Below are positions 31,587 through 36,402 of a stretch of DNA of 36,402 nt, one piece after another; position 1 is the stretch's first letter; each line of letters opens with the position of its first letter. The notes under the pieces are model-generated. The model saw only the letters and a list, made by a program, of their open reading frames with translations. It did not search any database and was not told where the DNA came from. The DNA comes from Fusobacteriota bacterium (GTDB lineage Bacteria > Fusobacteriota > Fusobacteriia > Fusobacteriales > JBNJFI01), in NCBI GenBank assembly GCA_051746725.1, contig JBNJFI010000007.1, positions 1-36,402 on the forward strand. The letters run 5' to 3'. The position numbers and the translations under genes were made by a program.

Positions 31587-32588
31587 ATGGCTAAAAATGT
31601 AGCGATTAATGGTTTCGGAAGAATTGGTAGAGGGGTTTTAAGATTAATAGAAGGTAGAGACGAAGGTGAGTTAAATGTAGTAGCAATCAATGATTTAGTT
31701 GATGTTGAAAATTTAGCTTATTTATTAAAATTCGATTCTGTACATGGTAGGTTTGATGGAACAGTTGAAATTAATGATGATAAGAACTTAGTAGTAAACG
31801 GTAATGAAATAAAAGTTACTGCTATAAGAGATCCAAAAACGTTACCTTGGAAAGAAAACAATATAGATCTAGTGATAGAGTCTACAGGTGTATTTAGAAA
31901 AAGAGAACAAATAGCACAACATTTAGAAGCAGGAGCTAAAAAAGTTCTTTTAACAGTTCCAGCAAAAGATGAAATAGATAATACAATAGTATTAGGTGTA
32001 AACGATGACGATCTTTCAGATGACGACAAAATAGTATCAAATGCATCATGTACTACAAACTGCTTAGCTCCAATGGCAAAAGTTTTAGATGATGTTTTTG
32101 GAATAGAAAAAGGATTAATAACTACAGTTCATGGTTATACAGCGGCTCAATCGATATTAGATGCCCCTTCAGCTAAAACAAGAAGAGGAAGAACAGCTGC
32201 AGTAAATATAATACCTACAACTACAGGTGCTGCAATAGCAACTACAAAAGTTTTACCTTCATTGGAAGGGAAAATAGATGGAATGGCTATGAGAGTTCCA
32301 GTTCCAGATGGTTCATGTGTTGATGGAGTATTTACTTTAGGAAAAGACGTTACAGTTGAAGAAGTAAACGCTGCATTAAAAGAAGCTGCCGAAGGAAAAA
32401 TGAAAGGTATCTTAGGATATTCTGAAGAAGAATTAGTATCAACAGATATAATAGGTCAAGTTGAATCATCTGTTATAGATGCTCTTTCTACAAAAGTTAT
32501 CAATGGAAATATGGTAAAAGTAATTTCTTGGTACGATAATGAAATGAGTTATTCAAATAGAGTTGTAGATTTAGCAAATAGATTATAA
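31587..32588 (+). CDS. gap: Glyceraldehyde-3-phosphate dehydrogenase, type I
   Basis: INGFGRIGR, SNASCTTNCLAP, IPTTTGAA, WYDNE. Confidence 0.98.
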   Translation: MAKNVAINGFGRIGRGVLRLIEGRDEGELNVVAINDLVDVENLAYLLKFDSVHGRFDGTVEINDDKNLVVNGNEIKVTAIRDPKTLPWKENNIDLVIESTGVFRKREQIAQHLEAGAKKVLLTVPAKDEIDNTIVLGVNDDDLSDDDKIVSNASCTTNCLAPMAKVLDDVFGIEKGLITTVHGYTAAQSILDAPSAKTRRGRTAAVNIIPTTTGAAIATTKVLPSLEGKIDGMAMRVPVPDGSCVDGVFTLGKDVTVEEVNAALKEAAEGKMKGILGYSEEELVSTDIIGQVESSVIDALSTKVINGNMVKVISWYDNEMSYSNRVVDLANRL

Positions 32589-32617
32589 GATAAAAACACA
32601 AATATAGGAATAAAAAG

Positions 32618-32644
32618 AAAGGGCAATTGAGAGATTGTCCTTTT
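32618..32644 (+). terminator. Terminator-like hairpin between gap and pgk
   Basis: AAAGGGCAAT / ATTGTCCTTT stem followed by T-rich sequence. Confidence 0.65.
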
Positions 32645-32671
32645 ACTTTATATAATAGGGAGGAATAATAA

Positions 32672-33865
32672 ATGGCAAAAAAGACAGTAGAAGATGTAAA
32701 TTTAAAAGGAAAAAAAGCTTTTATGAGAGTTGATTTTAATGTACCTTTGAAAAATGGGGTTATAGGAGATGCTAATAGAATAGAGGCTGCAATCCCTACA
32801 ATTAAATATGTTTTAGATAATGGTGGAAGAGCTATTCTTGCTTCTCATCTTGGAAGACCAGGTGGAGAAGTAAAAGAAGAGTTATCTTTAGCTCCTGTTG
32901 CAAAGAAATTAGAAGAGTTATTGGGAAAAGAAGTTAAATTTGTAGATGCAACAAGAGGTAAAAAAGTTGAAAAAACAGTAAATAATTTAAAAGATGGAGA
33001 AGTAGCTTTAATAGAAAATACTAGATTTGAAAAAGGTGAAAAGTCTAAAGACAAAAAAGTTAGAGATGAAATAGCAAAATATTGGGCTAGTTTAGCTGAT
33101 ATACATATAAATGATGCTTTTGGAACAGCACATAGAGCCCATGCATCAAATGTTGGAGTAGCACAATTTATACCTAGCGTAGCTGGTTATTTAATGGAAA
33201 AAGAGATTAAATTTATAGGTGGAGTAGTAGAAGATCCTAAAAAACCTTTAGTAGCTATATTAGGAGGAGCCAAAGTAAGTGATAAAATTGGTGTAATAGA
33301 AAGTCTTATCAAAAAAGCTGACAAAATATTAGTTGGTGGAGGGATGATGTTTACTTTCCTGAAAGCTCAAGGAAAAAATATTGGTAACTCTCTAGTGGAA
33401 GAAGATAAAATTGATTTAGCAAACTCTCTTATGGAAGAAGCTTCAAAAGATGGAGTTGAATTATTATTGCCAGTAGATACAGTTGTAGCTAAAGAATTTA
33501 AAAATGATACAGACTTCAAAACAGTTTCTGTAGATGAAATAGAAGATGGATGGATGGGTCTAGATATTGGACCAAAATCTATTAAAAAATTTGGAGATGC
33601 TTTAGACGGAGTAAAAACAGTTGTTTGGAATGGACCTATGGGTGTATTTGAAATGGAAAATTTTGCTAAAGGAACTATTGGGGTATGTGAGACTTTAGCT
33701 AAAACAGATGCAATAACAATTATTGGAGGAGGAGACTCAGCGGCTGCTGCTAAGCAATTAGGGTATGCTGATGACTTCACTCATATTTCGACTGGTGGTG
33801 GAGCTTCTCTTGCTTACTTAGAGGGGAAAGTATTACCAGGTATAGATGCAATAGAAGATAAATAA
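32672..33865 (+). CDS. pgk: Phosphoglycerate kinase
   Basis: [52 protein letters not shown]. Confidence 0.98.
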   Translation: MAKKTVEDVNLKGKKAFMRVDFNVPLKNGVIGDANRIEAAIPTIKYVLDNGGRAILASHLGRPGGEVKEELSLAPVAKKLEELLGKEVKFVDATRGKKVEKTVNNLKDGEVALIENTRFEKGEKSKDKKVRDEIAKYWASLADIHINDAFGTAHRAHASNVGVAQFIPSVAGYLMEKEIKFIGGVVEDPKKPLVAILGGAKVSDKIGVIESLIKKADKILVGGGMMFTFLKAQGKNIGNSLVEEDKIDLANSLMEEASKDGVELLLPVDTVVAKEFKNDTDFKTVSVDEIEDGWMGLDIGPKSIKKFGDALDGVKTVVWNGPMGVFEMENFAKGTIGVCETLAKTDAITIIGGGDSAAAAKQLGYADDFTHISTGGGASLAYLEGKVLPGIDAIEDK

Positions 33866-33880
33866 GATAAATAAACTATA

Positions 33881-33920
33881 ATTTAATACAGGAGTCCAAA
33901 AAAGGACTTCTGTATTAAAT
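33881..33920 (+). terminator. Hairpin after pgk
   Basis: 17-bp stem ATTTAATACAGGAGTCC / GGACTTCTGTATTAAAT. Confidence 0.75.
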
Positions 33921-34009
33921 ATGTTTAACTAAAAAAATCATAAAATCTTTTAATTGAGAGTTAAATAGATCAGTATTTATAAGGGATTATAAAAAAACTG
34001 AAAAAAAGT

Positions 34010-34038
34010 TTGACAAATTGCAGTTTATATAGTATAAT
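34010..34038 (+). promoter_or_regulatory. Perfect consensus promoter of the 9-tRNA operon
   Basis: TTGACA - 17 bp - TATAAT preceded by A-tracts (UP-element-like). Confidence 0.85.
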
Positions 34039-34080
34039 TATTTTCGTCTTAGAGAGGAATACCAAGCCCTTTAAGAGTTT

Positions 34081-34157
34081 CGGAATATAGCGCAGTCCGG
34101 TAGCGCACCTGCCTTGGGAGCAGGGGGTCGCAGGTTCAAATCCTGCTATTCCGACCA
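34081..34157 (+). tRNA. tRNA-Pro (TGG)
   Basis: CCTGC-CTTGGGA-GCAGG arm; CCA end. Confidence 0.96.
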
Positions 34158-34162
34158 TTTAT

Positions 34163-34238
34163 GCGAAAGTAGCTCAGTTGGTAGAGCGTCAGCCTTCCAA
34201 GCTGAATGTCGCGAGTTCGACCCTCGTCTTTCGCTCCA
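34163..34238 (+). tRNA. tRNA-Gly (TCC)
   Basis: TCAGC-CTTCCAA-GCTGA arm; U73; CCA end. Confidence 0.96.
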
Positions 34239-34240
34239 AT

Positions 34241-34317
34241 GTGCCTGTAGCTCAGCTGGATAGAGCAACGGCCTTCTAAGCCGTAGGCCAGAGGTTCGAA
34301 TCCTCTCAGGCACACCA
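34241..34317 (+). tRNA. tRNA-Arg (TCT)
   Basis: ACGGC-CTTCTAA-GCCGT arm; CCA end. Confidence 0.96.
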
Positions 34318-34328
34318 TTTTTTAATGT

Positions 34329-34405
34329 GGTGATCGTAGTTCAATCGGTAGAGCCCAGGTTTGTGGTACCTGTTGTTGCGGGTTCAAGTCCCGTCGGTCA
34401 CCCCA
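34329..34405 (+). tRNA. tRNA-His (GTG)
   Basis: CAGGT-TTGTGGT-ACCTG arm; encoded G-1 opposite C73; CCA end. Confidence 0.95.
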
Positions 34406-34423
34406 AAAAATATTATAAAATTT

Positions 34424-34500
34424 GCGTCTGTGGCTCAACTGGATAGAGCACCGGACTTCGGATCCGGTGGTTATGGGTTCGATTCCTATCAGGCGCGCCA
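34424..34500 (+). tRNA. tRNA-Arg (TCG)
   Basis: CCGGA-CTTCGGA-TCCGG arm; D-loop GGATA (A20 Arg identity element); CCA end. Confidence 0.95.
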
Positions 34501-34528
34501 ATATAAAAATAACTTAATATAAGAACAT

Positions 34529-34604
34529 GCGCCATTAGCTCAGTCGGTAGAGCACTCGACTTTTAATCGAGTTGTCACAAGTTCGATTCTTGTATGGCGC
34601 ACCA
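34529..34604 (+). tRNA. tRNA-Lys (TTT)
   Basis: CTCGA-CTTTTAA-TCGAG arm; CCA end. Confidence 0.96.
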
Positions 34605-34669
34605 ATTATTTTTTGAGCTTATTAATAAAAAAAATTATTTTAGGATTCAGTTAATTTATTGTATAGTAT

Positions 34670-34753
34670 GCGAGGGTGGCGGAATTGGCAGACGCGCTAG
34701 ACTTAGGATCTAGTGTCCTTGACGTGAGGGTTCAAATCCCTCCCTTCGCACCA
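34670..34753 (+). tRNA. tRNA-Leu (TAG)
   Basis: CTAGA-CTTAGGA-TCTAG arm, long variable arm, CCA end. Confidence 0.96.
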
Positions 34754-34779
34754 TTTTTAGACTGGGATAATAAGAACAT

Positions 34780-34855
34780 GCGCCATTAGCTCAGTCGGTA
34801 GAGCACTCGACTTTTAATCGAGTTGTCACAAGTTCGATTCTTGTATGGCGCACCA
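34780..34855 (+). tRNA. tRNA-Lys (TTT), identical second copy
   Basis: Identical to 34529-34604. Confidence 0.96.
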
Positions 34856-34901
34856 TTTTGAATAGGTGTGTTGAATCAAAGTCTAATAGATATTATCAAA
34901 A

Positions 34902-34977
34902 GCGCCATTAGCTCAGTTGGTAGAGCATTCGACTCTTAATCGAAATGTCACAAGTTCAACCCTTGTATGGCGCACCA
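34902..34977 (+). tRNA. tRNA-Lys (CTT)
   Basis: TTCGA-CTCTTAA-TCGAA arm; body closely similar to the Lys(TTT) genes. Confidence 0.95.
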
Positions 34978-34978
34978 C

Positions 34979-35106
34979 TTAACCCCGAAAGGGTTTTTTT
35001 TATTTAGAGAGAAATTATACTACTATAAAAGTACAAAGAATTTAAAACCCGAAAGGGTCTTTTTTTATTTAGGGGTAAATTATACCAATGTGACAATACA
35101 ATGAAT
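34979..35106 (+). repeat. Diverged two-copy tandem repeat, period about 64 bp
   Basis: Both units read CCCGAAAGGGT..TTTTTTTATTTAG....AAATTATAC..........TACAA.GAAT. Confidence 0.75.
34981..35066 (+). terminator. Two tandem intrinsic terminators closing the tRNA operon
   Basis: CCC-GAAA-GGG hairpin plus T run at 34981-35001 and again at 35044-35066. Confidence 0.85.
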
Positions 35107-35203
35107 ATTATAGATTCATATTGACTAAAAAGAGAACACAGTTTTATAGAATAAAATGTTCTATTAAATATAAATAGATATCAAAAAAAACGAGGAGGAA
35201 AAA

Positions 35204-36402
35204 ATGAAAAGATTATCAAGTTTATTTATGACAGTATCATTTTTATTTTTATTAACATTACCTATGGAGGCAGGGATTTTTGATTGGTTCAAAAAAGATA
35301 AGGTGGATGAAGATTTAACAGAAATCACAATTAACTTAGAACAAGAGCCAGGAACTATGGATCCTCAATTATTAACAGATGCTGTAGCTATTCAAGCAAA
35401 CAGTTTTTTAATGGAAGGATTAACAAGACTAGGAAAAGGTGGAAAGGTTGTTCCAGGGGTTGCTAAATCATGGGACGTAGATGGAAAAGTATGGACTTTA
35501 CACTTACGGGATGATGCAATGTGGTCAAATGGTGAAAAAGTGACAGCAGATGATTTTTATTATGGTATAAAAAGAGCTATAGATCCAGAAACTAATTCTG
35601 AATATGCATATATGACTTATTACATAGAAAATGCAGAAGGGTTTAATAATGGAGATCTAACAGACTTTGAGAAAGTTGGATTAAAAGTAATAGATGATCA
35701 TACTTTGGAAATATCTTTAGAAAAACCAGCAGCTTATTTTGCTTCAGTTTTAGCATTTCCAACATATTATCCTCTTAACAAGAAATTTGTAGAAGAAAAA
35801 GGAATGGATTTTGCTTTAGAAGAAGATGCTATTTTATATAATGGTCCTTATGTGATGACTGACTGGGAACACGATAGTAAAATGATATTTAGAAAAAATG
35901 AGAATTATTGGAATAAGGATGCAATAAAATTAGATAAAGTAACAGCATTGATGATTGATGATGCCAATACAAGATTAAATATGTATAAAAATGGAGAATT
36001 AGATGTAGTTCAATTAGATGGAGATCAATTGCCTCCATATAGAGATAGCGAAGAATTAGTTTCTTATTCAGATGGAAGTGTTTGGTATTTTGAATATAAT
36101 ACTGCAAATGAATTATTTGGAAATAGAAAAATAAGAGAAGGGATAGCCAGATCTATAGATAGAGATGAAATGGTAAATAAAGTGTTGCGAAATGGATCAA
36201 GAGCAGCAACTGGATTGGTTCCTTATGGATTTCCAGGTAAAGATGAAGGATTTAGAAAAGATAATGGGAATGATCTATTTGATTATAAAGATGTAGAAGA
36301 AGCTAAGAGAATATTCCAAGAAGGATTAGAGGAAATAGGGCATACAGGTCCAGTTGAAATATCATTATTAACTGGAACAACAGATACTGCTACAAAATTG
36401 GC
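35204..36402 (+). CDS. oppA: Oligopeptide ABC transporter substrate-binding protein (OppA-like, family 5), truncated by window end; not in ORF track
   Basis: GAGGAGG SD then ATG 35204. Hand translation MKRLSSLFMTVSFLFLLTLPMEAG...EPGTMDPQ...LMEGLTR...PGVAKSW...LRDDAMWSNGEKVTADDF...YNGPY; no stop seen before the window end. Confidence 0.92.
   Translation, partial: MKRLSSLFMTVSFLFLLTLPMEAGIFDWFKKDKVDEDLTEITINLEQEPGTMDPQLLTDAVAIQANSFLMEGLTRLGKGGKVVPGVAKSWDVDGKVWTLHLRDDAMWSNGEKVTADDFYYGIKRAIDPETNSEYAYMTYYIENAEGFNNGDLTDFEKVGLKVIDDHTLEISLEKPAAYFASVLAFPTYYPLNKKFVEEKGMDFALEEDAILYNGPYVMTDWEHDSKMIFRKNENYWNKDAIKLDKVTALMIDDANTRLNMYKNGELDVVQLDGDQLPPYRDSEELVSYSDGSVWYFEYNTANELFGNRKIREGIARSIDRDEMVNKVLRNGSRAATGLVPYGFPGKDEGFRKDNGNDLFDYKDVEEAKRIFQEGLEEIGHTGPVEISLLTGTTDTATKL

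Noticed and set aside
1478..33780. Short antisense or alternate-frame ORFs inside rplK, rpoB, gmk/rpoZ, hppA, dnaG, lon, mgtE, malQ, the pseudouridine synthase, gap and pgk
   Set aside because: Shadow ORFs overlapping well-supported genes, with Ser/Ile/Phe-rich composition, no recognisable motifs and no convincing SD.
33970..34318. Minus-strand ORFs of 62 and 60 aa
   Set aside because: They are antisense translations of tRNA genes (MVGIAGFEPATP-type artefacts).
34979..35106. CRISPR-like array (palindromic repeat with ~64-bp period)
   Set aside because: Only two units, the 'spacers' resemble each other, the hairpins have terminator T runs, and there are no cas genes.
35889..36107. Minus-strand 72-aa ORF
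   Set aside because: Antisense to the OppA reading frame that runs off the window end.

Overview
AT-rich bacterial core-genome window. It is most consistent with a deep-branching Fusobacteriota (inferred from the NusG insert, RpoB/RpoC style, rpoC-remA-gmk-rpoZ order, tandem sigma-70 genes and diderm envelope proteins). Order: 3' part of 5S rRNA; rpmG-tRNA-Trp-secE-nusG-rplK-rplA-rplJ-rplL-rpoB-rpoC; remA-like-gmk-rpoZ-coaBC-panD-apbE-HAD phosphatase; membrane pyrophosphatase hppA; dnaG-rpoD, a 4-tRNA cluster, a second divergent sigma-70, Nif3, a TPM-like/zinc-ribbon membrane protein and RNase P RNA; lon; mgtE; malQ (minus strand); a putative outer-membrane beta-barrel; an RluA-family pseudouridine synthase; gap-pgk; a 9-tRNA cluster; and the 5' part of an OppA-like peptide-binding protein. 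secE and oppA are missing from the supplied ORF track. I found no mobile element, CRISPR, phage or defence system and cannot support a wholly new multi-gene system. The best leads are a probable non-canonical ATT start for the pseudouridine synthase, the second sigma-70 with altered promoter-recognition residues behind a tRNA operon, RNase P RNA overlapping a CDS end, long RNase III-like hairpins after 5S and before rpoB, a CpG-rich structured spacer after rpoD, and tRNA-Arg(UCG).
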